Source of the DNA: a virus
Lineage: Duplodnaviria > Caudoviricetes
Length of the DNA stretch: 64,000 nt
IMG/VR virus record: IMGVR_UViG_3300026549_000062
Coordinates: 1-64,000 of that record
Strand: one strand, 5' to 3'
Shown: piece by piece, positions 19,142 to 29,187 of the stretch
Layout: every line of letters begins with the position of its first letter
Position numbering within the stretch: the first letter of the stretch is position 1
Notes under the pieces: generated by a model
The model's database searches: none
Seen by the model: only the letters and a program-made list of their open reading frames with translations
What the model was told of the DNA's origin: nothing
Made by a program: the position numbers and the translations under genes

Positions 19142-21103
19142 TTAAGACTGAAGTGCTATGATCTTAAAGACTTCTGTCTGAACGAAGTTACGGAACTTCA
19201 GTTCAATTGTTGCATAGATAATCTTGTTCGAATCATAGTTGGCATTAGTAACGTAATTGATTGTGCAGGACTGGAATCTATCCGCATAACGGTCGATTAC
19301 CATGTTCTGAACATCTTTCTTATATTTAACAAGATCGTCGCCATCAAGGAAGCTATAACGGATCTTCGGGCAAAGAGCACGAATAGCCTTAATAAGCTCC
19401 TGAACAGCAAGAACGTTATTAACCCAAGAAAGCTGAGTAAGTTCTGTCTGTGAAGTATACTCTGTATTCATCGTAAGGATGTTTCCATCGTAGTAAGACA
19501 GATAATTTATCCTAAGAGTATCAAATGTCTTTCTCTGGTCTTCGCTTGGTGTACGCTTTGGAGAGAAATTAAGTGTACCATCAACAAAAGTATCTGATGG
19601 AATAACAATATCATACTTCTGACCGCAGAATGGACGTACACGACCATTGATAAAATGCTTAACAAACAGACGTGCAAGATCATACATGACTGTTACTGTG
19701 ATCTGTTTACGAGTATACGGATCGTAAATATCATAGCTGTTCATGTAAGATGCACAGAATCTTGAATGTGAGCCATACGTATCAATGAGCTGGACCATTG
19801 CAAGACCATTTACTTCTGTACCAAAGTCACGGAAGTAAACAAGATCTTCACGGAAGTTTGCAAGACTTTCAATTGATCTCTTAACTTCCTGATGATAGTT
19901 AGCATCAAAGATGCAGTCAACTCTGTTATTATCGAGATCGTAAATATCATCACCATCATCGAGGTCAGAGTTAATACTACCACTAAATGCCTTCTTCATT
20001 ACAACGTCAACAACATTCATTGCACCGCTAGCACCCTTAGCGAGCTGGGCTGGTGAATCTGTGAAGTTACCGTTGCTGCCATTTGGAAGTGGGAAACCAA
20101 TTAGTGGAGAAAGCATCGTTGCACCATCTGTGTTATAATGCTTAATAGCCTTACCAGATAGATCAATACCGAAGAGTGGATCTTTCCTATCAAAATTGGT
20201 TGTACCAGTTAGGAAGTTAACGTTTTCAATGAAGTCCTCATAAATATCATCAAAGAACTTGCATCTAACCTGATATGAACTCGTAAGAATAGCATTCTGG
20301 AGAGACATGTTATGTTCTTTTTCAATTATATCAGGATTAAGTGTGAATGGAATTGTTTCAAGAACTTCACCATTCTCACTAACTTCAACGAAATAACGGG
20401 AATAAACTGTTGGATGAGAAACAGTAGAATCCGGATAAATACGGATTCTCTTATTTGATTCGCCACGACCGTTATCCGTTATAATGAAAAGTGGATAAAT
20501 GTTGTTGTTACCAACTGGAACTTTTGTATAGCCGGATTTAGCAAGACTTACATACGTGCTCATCTTTACACAACCAACCATACCAGGAAGTGAAGAAAGA
20601 ATGTATGAAACATTCGTGCAAGCTACAGTATGAGGACCTGTAACAGTTGCAGTTGATGGAATAGACATAGTACCAGGGGTTGGCATTGTTGGATTAGCTA
20701 CTGTACCAGTTGTACTAGAAGCACTATCAACCCAATCCCAAAGAGGTACACTTGACTCATCTGTATCCTGTTCTGTACCCTGCGTTATTTTAGCAGAAAC
20801 AACAACGTTTGCGAGAGTTGAATCATCTGCGCAAACACGTTTTACGGTTAAATAACCACCGGCATTGATAATATTAGCTGCCTGAAGTAGAGGCTGACCA
20901 TGTCTCTTAAATGAAGGAGTTCTTCCATAATATTTAAAGAAGTCTTCACCATAGACTTTATGCTTCCATTCCTCAGGACCTTTGTCAGCGGTTATAACAG
21001 TCATAAATATCGGGCGATCTACAGTATCTTCCTCAGGGGGAGTTATTCCAGAATTGATCTGAGACTTGTCAACCCATTCGATTGTTACACCAGGTACTGG
21101 CAT
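19142..21103 (-). CDS. Tail sheath protein
   Basis: MPVPGVTIEWVDKS start; C-terminal QLSWVNNVLAVQELIKAIR...IIYATIELKFRNFVQTEVFKI sheath signature; late motif at 21220-21231. Confidence 0.9.
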   Translation of the reverse strand: MPVPGVTIEWVDKSQINSGITPPEEDTVDRPIFMTVITADKGPEEWKHKVYGEDFFKYYGRTPSFKRHGQPLLQAANIINAGGYLTVKRVCADDSTLANVVVSAKITQGTEQDTDESSVPLWDWVDSASSTTGTVANPTMPTPGTMSIPSTATVTGPHTVACTNVSYILSSLPGMVGCVKMSTYVSLAKSGYTKVPVGNNNIYPLFIITDNGRGESNKRIRIYPDSTVSHPTVYSRYFVEVSENGEVLETIPFTLNPDIIEKEHNMSLQNAILTSSYQVRCKFFDDIYEDFIENVNFLTGTTNFDRKDPLFGIDLSGKAIKHYNTDGATMLSPLIGFPLPNGSNGNFTDSPAQLAKGASGAMNVVDVVMKKAFSGSINSDLDDGDDIYDLDNNRVDCIFDANYHQEVKRSIESLANFREDLVYFRDFGTEVNGLAMVQLIDTYGSHSRFCASYMNSYDIYDPYTRKQITVTVMYDLARLFVKHFINGRVRPFCGQKYDIVIPSDTFVDGTLNFSPKRTPSEDQRKTFDTLRINYLSYYDGNILTMNTEYTSQTELTQLSWVNNVLAVQELIKAIRALCPKIRYSFLDGDDLVKYKKDVQNMVIDRYADRFQSCTINYVTNANYDSNKIIYATIELKFRNFVQTEVFKIIALQS

Positions 21104-21301
21104 CGTGAGATTCCTCCTTTATATCAAGTTTCAAAGCTATATTATTTTATATAAGATAACTTATCATACTTTTGTTTTAAGTAAGCGGATTATTAGCATA
21201 ATAGAGTAGCCTACCTAATTACTTATATGTTCCTAAACGTCCTCTGGGGTTGCTTGAAACACATTGAAAAGTCTACACCAATTAAGGTGTAGACTTTAAC
21301 A

Positions 21302-22057
21302 TTATTCTTCCGTATCTGTATCACCAACAAGTACTTTTTCAAGTGGGGTATCTTTAGGAGTCTGATTAAGCATACCATAAGCAATAGATTCATCAAAATC
21401 TTCTGATAGAATGGCAGTATATGGAGAAACTAGTTTAGATATTTGTTTTACAGAGCAGGATTTATATTTATGAAGATCTGTTTCTTTGGCTAATCTAAAT
21501 GGAACGGATTCATCTTTCTGTGATCTACATAATTCTGATACTGTAAATCCAATAACCTGTATATTTAGTCCATATCCGTTACCATTCAATGCTATATTAT
21601 CCAGTATATAATCCGGAAGTTTATCATATGGAATCGTATTCAATATGAACCCAAGCATATACCAAAGATTGAGTAACTTTTCGCAATTACCAACGAATTG
21701 TATAGTAGATGTTGAGGTTACTATTTCATCTCCATCTTCATAATGAAGAACTCTATAATCCATCTCGTCCATATAATTAGTAAGTTTTACTTTTCTTACT
21801 TTTTCTACAGATGAAGGCTTAGTAGTAAATACTGTAGGATATCTAAAGTTCTTCAATCCTATATTTTTACCAGTCTTAGTATCTGTAACTGTATAATCGA
21901 ATATACCGAGTATATCTATATATTCACCATTTTGTTCTGCTATAGAACGTTCAAAATACTTCTCTGGTACATAAGCTAAGAATTCTTTATTAGGTCCACC
22001 ATTAAACAAGAGTTTTTCTTTGTCTTCTTTTATAAAAGAAGGAAGTCCATTAGCCAT
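21302..22057 (-). CDS. Probable far C-terminal beta' fragment of the virion RNAP
   Basis: DYILDNIALNGNGYGLNIQVIGFTVSELCR and SVKQISKLVSPYTAILSEDFDESI...PLEKVLVG parallel RpoC ([45 protein letters not shown]...LKENVIVG); late motif at 22082. Confidence 0.6.
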   Translation of the reverse strand: MANGLPSFIKEDKEKLLFNGGPNKEFLAYVPEKYFERSIAEQNGEYIDILGIFDYTVTDTKTGKNIGLKNFRYPTVFTTKPSSVEKVRKVKLTNYMDEMDYRVLHYEDGDEIVTSTSTIQFVGNCEKLLNLWYMLGFILNTIPYDKLPDYILDNIALNGNGYGLNIQVIGFTVSELCRSQKDESVPFRLAKETDLHKYKSCSVKQISKLVSPYTAILSEDFDESIAYGMLNQTPKDTPLEKVLVGDTDTEE

Positions 22058-22107
22058 TAATATACCTCCTTATATATTCATTATGCGAATGTCTTAGACA
22101 GAAAATA

Positions 22108-22135
22108 TGACCTAGGCTAATATTAGCCTAGGTCA
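22108..22135. terminator. Intergenic hairpin/terminator
   Basis: TGACCTAGGCTAA-ta-TTAGCCTAGGTCA. Confidence 0.65.
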
Positions 22136-22180
22136 TTAAAGTGTGTAAAACTCTTTATTTTGAGTTACATACTGTGTTTA

Positions 22181-22445
22181 TGAGATAGAGAATGTTTATA
22201 TAAAGTAGGAGGTAATCTCTTATGGATACATTCAAAAACACATATTTAGAGTCTTGTATTCTTCCTCCATCTCCAATAACAAAAGAAGAATATGATGAGT
22301 TAAGTGACAAAGAAAAGAGTATGATAAAAATCATTACTCCTTTCTTTATTTATGATAATAACTTTAATTACAGGATAAACCTGTAAACGTAACATAATAC
22401 ATTTCTCTATCTCACTGGAGGATGTTCGCAGCATCCTCTTTTACT
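22181..22445 (+). ncRNA. End-paired early transcript D containing a small ORF
   Basis: TGAGATAGAGAATGT (22181-22195) pairs with ACATTTCTCTATCTCA (22399-22414); terminator at 22418-22445. Confidence 0.5.
22222..22386 (+). CDS. Small protein (54 aa) inside transcript D
   Basis: AGGAGG RBS; MDTFKNTYLESCILPPSPITKEEYDELSDKEKSMIKIITPFFIYDNNFNYRINL. Confidence 0.7.
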   Translation: MDTFKNTYLESCILPPSPITKEEYDELSDKEKSMIKIITPFFIYDNNFNYRINL

Positions 22446-22550
22446 TTTTTGTTTATAAAGCATTTAATGTGTAAAAGTCGATTTTTTCATTGATATAATA
22501 TAGAGATGAAGAAGATCAACCATAACTAGTTTACTTAGGGGGTAAACATC

Positions 22551-22829
22551 ATGACGAAACTTGAAGCCAAATACATCGGACTCATTCTCTGCGTTCTCTC
22601 CCGCAACTTCATCGACGAAGTAAAGGTTCCCGAATATGAAGAACTCGGGAAACTGATGAGGGCTTTGGCATTTCTCCAGAAAGGAGAATGCTCCAAAGCA
22701 GCGAAGAGAAACATCGACTACATCTGCTGGGAATATGGAGACTCGCTGTCGAAGAAGTTCCAGGAGCACTACAAAGAGTTCAAGAACATGACTCCGACGC
22801 TTGAAACCCACTACGACCTCCGTAAGTAA
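22551..22829 (+). CDS. Small early protein
   Basis: Early promoter 22470-22505; GGGGG RBS; C-ending codon usage. Confidence 0.8.
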   Translation: MTKLEAKYIGLILCVLSRNFIDEVKVPEYEELGKLMRALAFLQKGECSKAAKRNIDYICWEYGDSLSKKFQEHYKEFKNMTPTLETHYDLRK

Positions 22830-22887
22830 TCAAGCAGCATCGCCAGATGTAAAAATGGAAAACAATGCTAGGTCTTGACAGACATCG

Positions 22888-23643
22888 TCATTGTTTTTCT
22901 TGCAAACGTTTAGCTAAGAGATTATGGAACATCTCTTCATCTTTTTTACAAAATCTTTTTTCATCATTTTTAAGAAGAGTCTTAAATGCTAAATCATTAT
23001 TAGCATGAATATCCGCACCATGGTCTATAAGTCTCATAGCATCTTCATAATTTCCGTGTTTAATAGCAATAGGAAGAGATATAGAATTGCACTTACTTGG
23101 ATCTGCACCACAATCTAATAGCTTGGCTAGTAATTTAGAACTATTATCTAGTTTAGCAACTCCTACTAAACCATCGCCATTACCAACATTACCAAATGTA
23201 CCAAACATAGGTTTTATATTATTATCTTCTGCATATTTGCATATCTTACCAAAGTATGCAGTATCATTAGTAGATAAAATAGAAAGAAGCACAGAATCTA
23301 TAATTCTAGACTTTTCTTCATCTGTAAAATCATTTGTATCTATATAGAGTTCTATTAATCTACTAGTAAACTTTTTATCATACTTTGTTACTATAGACGC
23401 TTTTATAATATCTGTAGACATAATGTGTTCATCTATGAAGTATTTAACTATATCATTCATCTTATTCTTAAACAGAATACCCCATAAGACTTGGTTTTCC
23501 CACCAACGTTTATATTTTACTATGGAAGGAGTTTTTGCTATATCTTCGTCTGTGGTCTCATTTTCGATATAATCAAAATCTTTAATGTTTATTTTTCTTG
23601 CTTTTAATAGAGACATAACCTGTTGTTTGGATACTATTCTCAT
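22888..23643 (-). CDS. Ankyrin-repeat protein
   Basis: LLAKLLDCGADPSKCNSISLPIAIKHGNYEDAMRLIDHGADIHANNDLAF is a canonical ankyrin GAD motif repeated twice. Confidence 0.8.
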   Translation of the reverse strand: MRIVSKQQVMSLLKARKINIKDFDYIENETTDEDIAKTPSIVKYKRWWENQVLWGILFKNKMNDIVKYFIDEHIMSTDIIKASIVTKYDKKFTSRLIELYIDTNDFTDEEKSRIIDSVLLSILSTNDTAYFGKICKYAEDNNIKPMFGTFGNVGNGDGLVGVAKLDNSSKLLAKLLDCGADPSKCNSISLPIAIKHGNYEDAMRLIDHGADIHANNDLAFKTLLKNDEKRFCKKDEEMFHNLLAKRLQEKQ

Positions 23644-23705
23644 ATTTGCTAAACCTCCATAATAAAATCTCCTAGAGAAATTCTCTAGGAGATTGTATTT
23701 TCTTT

Positions 23706-25202
23706 TTAATCTTCTTTAAATAACCATTTATCACTGAGATTTGTGTATAGACCAGGAGAATCATCCCTATTAACCATAAGAAGAAGATCTTTATAATTCT
23801 TTCTTACAGTGATTCCTTGAATATCTGTATTTACTTTGTCATAATCTGGATTCTGAAGAACCTCTTTAACTATAGGAGAATCTTTAGATATAGCAGCATT
23901 AGGAACAAATGTACCACCTGTTGTAGTAGATGAACCGGTTGTTCTACCACCAGATGCTACACCACCTTTAACTGTAGCTCCTATAATTACATTACCAACT
24001 TTAGTACCACCTATAATAGTACCACCAGTTACTACACCACCAGTAGTGGTTAATTTATTATTTCCAGATGGTTTTGTAATACCACCAGAAATAACATAGG
24101 TTTTATCATCATCTTTTATAGAGTATGCAGTGCCACCATTTACAATACCACCAGTTGTTATACCACCTGTGGTAATATCTCCAGCTGTAATACCGCCAGT
24201 AGTAACCATATCAGATCCAGTAACCATACCATCTATAACTATAGCATTAGAGAGTTCTGGTTCTATTACAGTACCTCCTTCAGTTTTGCAATCCGTAATG
24301 ATAGAATCTATTATTACAGCTTCTGATATAATACCTTTAACAGTAGCATTAGTTACATAACCAGTTGTTGGATCTTTGTCTCCATCTATATCACCAGATA
24401 TAGCAATAGCATTTAGTATATAACCACTTGCTATAGAACCATTAGTAGAAGTGCCATTAATTACATAAATCTCATGACCACTTCTATTAGTTCCTTTGGC
24501 TATACCATCTACTGTCTTAGAGCCATTTAGAGAACCCTGTACAATAACACCTTTAAGAATATTACCATTAGCATCTAGCTCTGCATTAGTAACTATAGCA
24601 TCTTTTATAAGAGCTGCTACAGTAGTACCATAAGAATGCGTAGATGTGTCTATAGTAGTATCTTCATCAGCATATTTTACATAAGCTCTTACATCTCTGA
24701 TTTGATCTGATTTGATAACAACTACATTGTTATTATAGTTTACAGAGCAATCTAACTTAATTTTATATATACCAGTTTCTTCATCTAATGCATATACTTT
24801 ATATATATCTTTTACCATACCAGAGCATTGTTTTAATTCACCATCTTCTAGATATTGAATCGTATACATATTTCCTGGTATAATATCTACAGCATGATTA
24901 AAATCTGTATTTGTATAAATCATCTCTATTGTGAGAACTATCTTAGCTGTAGTTTCTACATTAGTAAGCATTGTAGTAGTATGAGCACATTCACAATTGC
25001 ATGTTAATGGGCCATCTTTTCTATAAAGACCACTCATAATACCTGGCTGTGAAACAGATATTTTATTGGTACAATCGTGACCGTATTGATGATTCCACGT
25101 ACCATAAAATGCTGGTGGATTAGGATCAAATATATGATTTATATCATTGCAATCATGGAAGACTACATGCTCATGAAAATGATTGTTGCAGTTGCATGAC
25201 AT
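23706..25202 (-). CDS. Virion structural protein with His/Cys-rich N-terminus and Gly/Thr beta-helix repeats
   Basis: Late motif 25230-25241; repeats such as TTGGITAGDITTGGITTGG and TTTGGVVTGGTIIGG. Confidence 0.6.
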   Translation of the reverse strand: MSCNCNNHFHEHVVFHDCNDINHIFDPNPPAFYGTWNHQYGHDCTNKISVSQPGIMSGLYRKDGPLTCNCECAHTTTMLTNVETTAKIVLTIEMIYTNTDFNHAVDIIPGNMYTIQYLEDGELKQCSGMVKDIYKVYALDEETGIYKIKLDCSVNYNNNVVVIKSDQIRDVRAYVKYADEDTTIDTSTHSYGTTVAALIKDAIVTNAELDANGNILKGVIVQGSLNGSKTVDGIAKGTNRSGHEIYVINGTSTNGSIASGYILNAIAISGDIDGDKDPTTGYVTNATVKGIISEAVIIDSIITDCKTEGGTVIEPELSNAIVIDGMVTGSDMVTTGGITAGDITTGGITTGGIVNGGTAYSIKDDDKTYVISGGITKPSGNNKLTTTGGVVTGGTIIGGTKVGNVIIGATVKGGVASGGRTTGSSTTTGGTFVPNAAISKDSPIVKEVLQNPDYDKVNTDIQGITVRKNYKDLLLMVNRDDSPGLYTNLSDKWLFKED

Positions 25203-25228
25203 TGAGAGAACCTCCTTTATTCATTTCA

Positions 25229-25921
25229 TTAATGAGATGTGGAGTTTACCTCTTTAAGTCTATTATGCTCTAATACAACAATATAGTTTATCATTTTGAT
25301 ATAGTTTCTAGCGCAGTCTAGAATCCATGGATATTTATCTACTGTTTCTTGAGTACAATAGGAAAGGGTAGATAGATTATTCATTATATTCATTATATAC
25401 CAGATATTGGCATAATCATATGGAGATATAGAGAATGCATATCTAGATAGAGCAGCAGTAAATAAAATATCATAATCTTCCGATAAGTTATCTTTATTTG
25501 TTAAATGATATCCAAAAGCCATACTAAAAGCTCTAACAATATCTGGTAGATAATAAGAATCAAAATCAAACCCGGACTTATATACTATGCTATATAAATC
25601 ATTGAAAGTTCTATTTAATCTATTTTTTTTAATTGCTTTAGATAGATTTGGCTTTTTAGAAGATACAAAACCAATAAGAGGAATAGAGATAGTATCCTTA
25701 CACATAGCTTGTATAAATCCGATAAAACAGGTTCTAACAAGCTTCTTTTGATTATCTGTAAGATCACCATCGCTTTTGGCCATTTGATAAATGTGTTTCA
25801 TTCCTTCTTCTTTAGTTTCAAAAGAATCGTGAAAAACTTTATAAAATTCTTTAGCATATTTGATTCCGAGACATTTGGAGAACATGTTTTCGGTTTGAAT
25901 AGCTTCATCTTCTAATACCAT
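25229..25921 (-). CDS. Hypothetical protein
   Basis: 230 aa ORF in the late operon downstream of terminase. Confidence 0.75.
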   Translation of the reverse strand: MVLEDEAIQTENMFSKCLGIKYAKEFYKVFHDSFETKEEGMKHIYQMAKSDGDLTDNQKKLVRTCFIGFIQAMCKDTISIPLIGFVSSKKPNLSKAIKKNRLNRTFNDLYSIVYKSGFDFDSYYLPDIVRAFSMAFGYHLTNKDNLSEDYDILFTAALSRYAFSISPYDYANIWYIMNIMNNLSTLSYCTQETVDKYPWILDCARNYIKMINYIVVLEHNRLKEVNSTSH

Positions 25922-25925
25922 GATA

Positions 25926-26720
25926 TTACCTCTTCAATTCTTCTATATCTTCTATTTTCTTTGCATGTGATTGTTGAATAGCAATTCTAATGTGTGTAAT
26001 TATTGTTGGATAGAGTTTCTCATTAAAGAGGATTTTATTAAACGTTTCAAATAATGAAGTTCTTGGAGATACATAATCCTCAAATAGATTTAGAACAGGA
26101 ACATTATTACCATATGCTACCTGATATATATATTTATCAGTAACAGGAAGATTCTTTAAATTGTTAAGAACTAAAGGAAGATTAGCAACTATATAAGCCA
26201 TTACATCATCCTCACCAAAAGATATTCTACTATAATTAGAAGACATATCTCTTTCTTTTCTCATATCTTCTAGATGGAATGTATTATAAATCTCTTCCTT
26301 CTGATCATCTATATATTGATCATAGAATGCAACCATGTAATTATTGAATCTAGATATAAAGAAATCATAGAGATAATAACACAGTGTATATAGATCCATA
26401 TACTCATCACCGTTATTATCATTTATATCTATCTGGAACCATTTAGTGATGATATCAATAATAGCTCTATAGGTTAGCATTCTAGTTTCTTCTATATTCT
26501 CTGTATCTGTAGGATACATGTTAGTTAGTTCTTTAAATATAGTTTCGTATGATTGCACTGCATTTGGGTATGGAATCATATTAAATGTAGACAACCTCTG
26601 TGCAATAGTATCTTCTATTACATTCATCACAAAATCAGAGTCAAACTGAGCTAATATAACTGATATTTGATTATTAGCTCTTAACTCGTACTCCTTATCA
26701 TTCGTTAAAAAACCGAGCAT
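25926..26720 (-). CDS. Hypothetical late protein
   Basis: AAGGAGG RBS before ATG 26720; late motif 26743-26754. Confidence 0.75.
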   Translation of the reverse strand: MLGFLTNDKEYELRANNQISVILAQFDSDFVMNVIEDTIAQRLSTFNMIPYPNAVQSYETIFKELTNMYPTDTENIEETRMLTYRAIIDIITKWFQIDINDNNGDEYMDLYTLCYYLYDFFISRFNNYMVAFYDQYIDDQKEEIYNTFHLEDMRKERDMSSNYSRISFGEDDVMAYIVANLPLVLNNLKNLPVTDKYIYQVAYGNNVPVLNLFEDYVSPRTSLFETFNKILFNEKLYPTIITHIRIAIQQSHAKKIEDIEELKR

Positions 26721-26805
26721 ATCTAATCCTCCTTTAATCAATTAATGTATTGTTTTTAAAAAATTCAAAGTATATACTAGAGGCTAATAAAAGCCTCTAG
26801 TATTT

Positions 26806-29097
26806 TTATCTCATATCGTCATCATTATATACAAATTCTCTTCTATTTAATACTTTATAAATAGAATCATTTTCCATCTCTTCTTCATCTTTATTGAAGT
26901 CTGTAAACAGAGATGGAGGAAGAGTTTGCTCTGATCCATAACTTCCAGAAGCATCGTTTATATCTACAGACTCTTTTGGAACTCCATAATGTCTAGAATA
27001 TGCTTCTCTTGCATTTTCATCTCTTAATAGTAGTTTAAGATGTTCTGATTCTAGTTTTCTTTCTTTATTTACAAATTCAGAGAAAAGAACACCTTTAGCT
27101 CTATTCATTTCTGTATTCTGAACTTGTATTTTCTGTTCCATAGATCCATCTGGAGTATTTATAGCAGCTATAGAAGGGGTCATATTTACTGCATTTGTGG
27201 CTCCGTCTAACTCTACTATATCATCTACAGATTCTTCTGTTTTAATACCAAACTTCTCTATACCAAATATCTCTTTTAAGTTCTTTCCTTCATACCAAAC
27301 ATAAAGAGCCATTAGATATGAGAATATCTGGTCATCATGGGTTAGATCAGAATGATCTACTCTACCGTTCTTCTTTATTTCTAGACCTCTTAATTCATCA
27401 TATAGAGTTTTAGAGATAAACTTATCTTTGTGATAAGTCATTCTTTCTCTAAGAATTTCTATTAGTTCGTCTCTAATATCTTTAGTATTATCTAAGCCAT
27501 ATACTTTTGTAAGTTTCTTATTCTTTACAACTCTACCATTAAGTATAGACTCCTCTAATACTCTTTCTTTCATCTCATAGTAAAGATTTTTCTTAACTTT
27601 AGTTTCTTTTAGTTTGCCTATAATTGCTTTACCAAAACCACCATTACGTTCAATATTAATTATAGCATTAGGCATCATATTGGTTACAATATACTCTAGT
27701 ACTCTTGCCACATCAATAAGAGAAACAGTATTAGATCTTAATTCAGCAAATACTCTAGTTGTTCTAGAATCTACAAATGTTATGCATGAATAGTCTCTAG
27801 ATACACCACCAGCAGGGTCAACACCGATTATAGGAGGATACTTAGGAACCAGATTAGATTTAAGAGGAATCTCTTCAAATATTTTAAGTTCATATTTACC
27901 AAATATAAGAATAGTCTTCTTAGGAGGTTTGCAGAACTTTCTTACTACATCTAGTTCTTCTTTAGTAAATGGGCAATTCTCTGCTTCATCAGACCACTCA
28001 AGAAGATACTCTCTTCTAATAAGTGGCATATCCCAATCAGCTTTCTTACATTTATCATAGAACCATTCTTCAGAATATCCTAGTTCTTGATAGGTATACT
28101 GTATGAATACAAACGTGCTCATCTTATTAGAATCTATGATATTTCTTATCTGGAAATATGTAAGATCATACCATGCTTCATTCCATGGAGTTGCATTATT
28201 AATAACAGAGTAGGCATATTTGCCTTCATCTGTTGTTAAAAATCCTGGTGTTGTTGTATATAGAATACCATATGGTACATTATTCTTTTGGGCTATCTCG
28301 GTAGCCTTGCCCATAGCAGGAATCATGTTTCCATAAATGGTTTTCATAAATGGAATAAAAGCATACTCGTCTGCCCAGAGTAATGGAAAAGTCTGACCAC
28401 GAAGTAAGTTAGCAGCAGCTAATTCATTTCTTGCTTTAGCATACGTTCTAAGCTTATTATGATTTACAGAATTCTCCATATAAACTGCTGTATTAGGAAC
28501 TTTAGTCTTCTTACCATTAACAAGAGAAAATACAGCATCAAATCTAAGATACGTGGGAAGTAGGTCTCTTATAGCTCTTATTCTTGACAAGTTTTCCTTA
28601 GAATCTTTGAACTCTTTATTTAATAGAGAAATCTGTGTATTCTGTGTTCTAAAGTTGTATATATAAGTATAGAATGCAGCAGCACCTATTGTCTTACCTG
28701 TCTGACGAGGCATTATCTGTATGCAGTTTATATTCATTGTAGCTAAATATAAAAATGCCATATTGCCTCTATTAAGTATAAACTTACTAGGTTCACCAGC
28801 AGATGGAATACGTACTACTTCTCTTAAATAATACCAGAAGTTATTTCTAACTTCTGCTAATACTTTCATTTTATACTGATAAGATATATTAGGATCATGA
28901 GGATCTATATTAGCAAGGTCAGGATCTAGAAGAGATAGCATAAATCTATTATTCTTAATACCAATAGCCTTTAAATAGTTACTCATTTCTACAAATGAGG
29001 TATTAGATGTAGACCGTTGGTAATATATTCGTATATTTTGATTCTCTACTAACTGAACTTGCTGAGAAGGAGAAACATTGCTATTATTTAACTGCAT
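26806..29097 (-). CDS. terL: Terminase large subunit
   Basis: Walker A MPRQTGKT, Walker B LWADEY, coupling motif TTTP, nuclease IGVDP and HDD. Confidence 0.93.
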   Translation of the reverse strand: MQLNNSNVSPSQQVQLVENQNIRIYYQRSTSNTSFVEMSNYLKAIGIKNNRFMLSLLDPDLANIDPHDPNISYQYKMKVLAEVRNNFWYYLREVVRIPSAGEPSKFILNRGNMAFLYLATMNINCIQIMPRQTGKTIGAAAFYTYIYNFRTQNTQISLLNKEFKDSKENLSRIRAIRDLLPTYLRFDAVFSLVNGKKTKVPNTAVYMENSVNHNKLRTYAKARNELAAANLLRGQTFPLLWADEYAFIPFMKTIYGNMIPAMGKATEIAQKNNVPYGILYTTTPGFLTTDEGKYAYSVINNATPWNEAWYDLTYFQIRNIIDSNKMSTFVFIQYTYQELGYSEEWFYDKCKKADWDMPLIRREYLLEWSDEAENCPFTKEELDVVRKFCKPPKKTILIFGKYELKIFEEIPLKSNLVPKYPPIIGVDPAGGVSRDYSCITFVDSRTTRVFAELRSNTVSLIDVARVLEYIVTNMMPNAIINIERNGGFGKAIIGKLKETKVKKNLYYEMKERVLEESILNGRVVKNKKLTKVYGLDNTKDIRDELIEILRERMTYHKDKFISKTLYDELRGLEIKKNGRVDHSDLTHDDQIFSYLMALYVWYEGKNLKEIFGIEKFGIKTEESVDDIVELDGATNAVNMTPSIAAINTPDGSMEQKIQVQNTEMNRAKGVLFSEFVNKERKLESEHLKLLLRDENAREAYSRHYGVPKESVDINDASGSYGSEQTLPPSLFTDFNKDEEEMENDSIYKVLNRREFVYNDDDMR

Positions 29098-29187
29098 TAA
29101 ATTTCACTTCTTTCACAAGATACTGTTTTACTAGAAAGTTGGAAAGTTAATTTTGTTTACATACTATAATAGTGAGGAGATGATAAA

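Noticed and set aside
26806-29097. Inteins or group I introns in terL, polB or RNAP genes
   Set aside because: Frames are continuous and I saw no intein splice-junction or LAGLIDADG/HNH motifs
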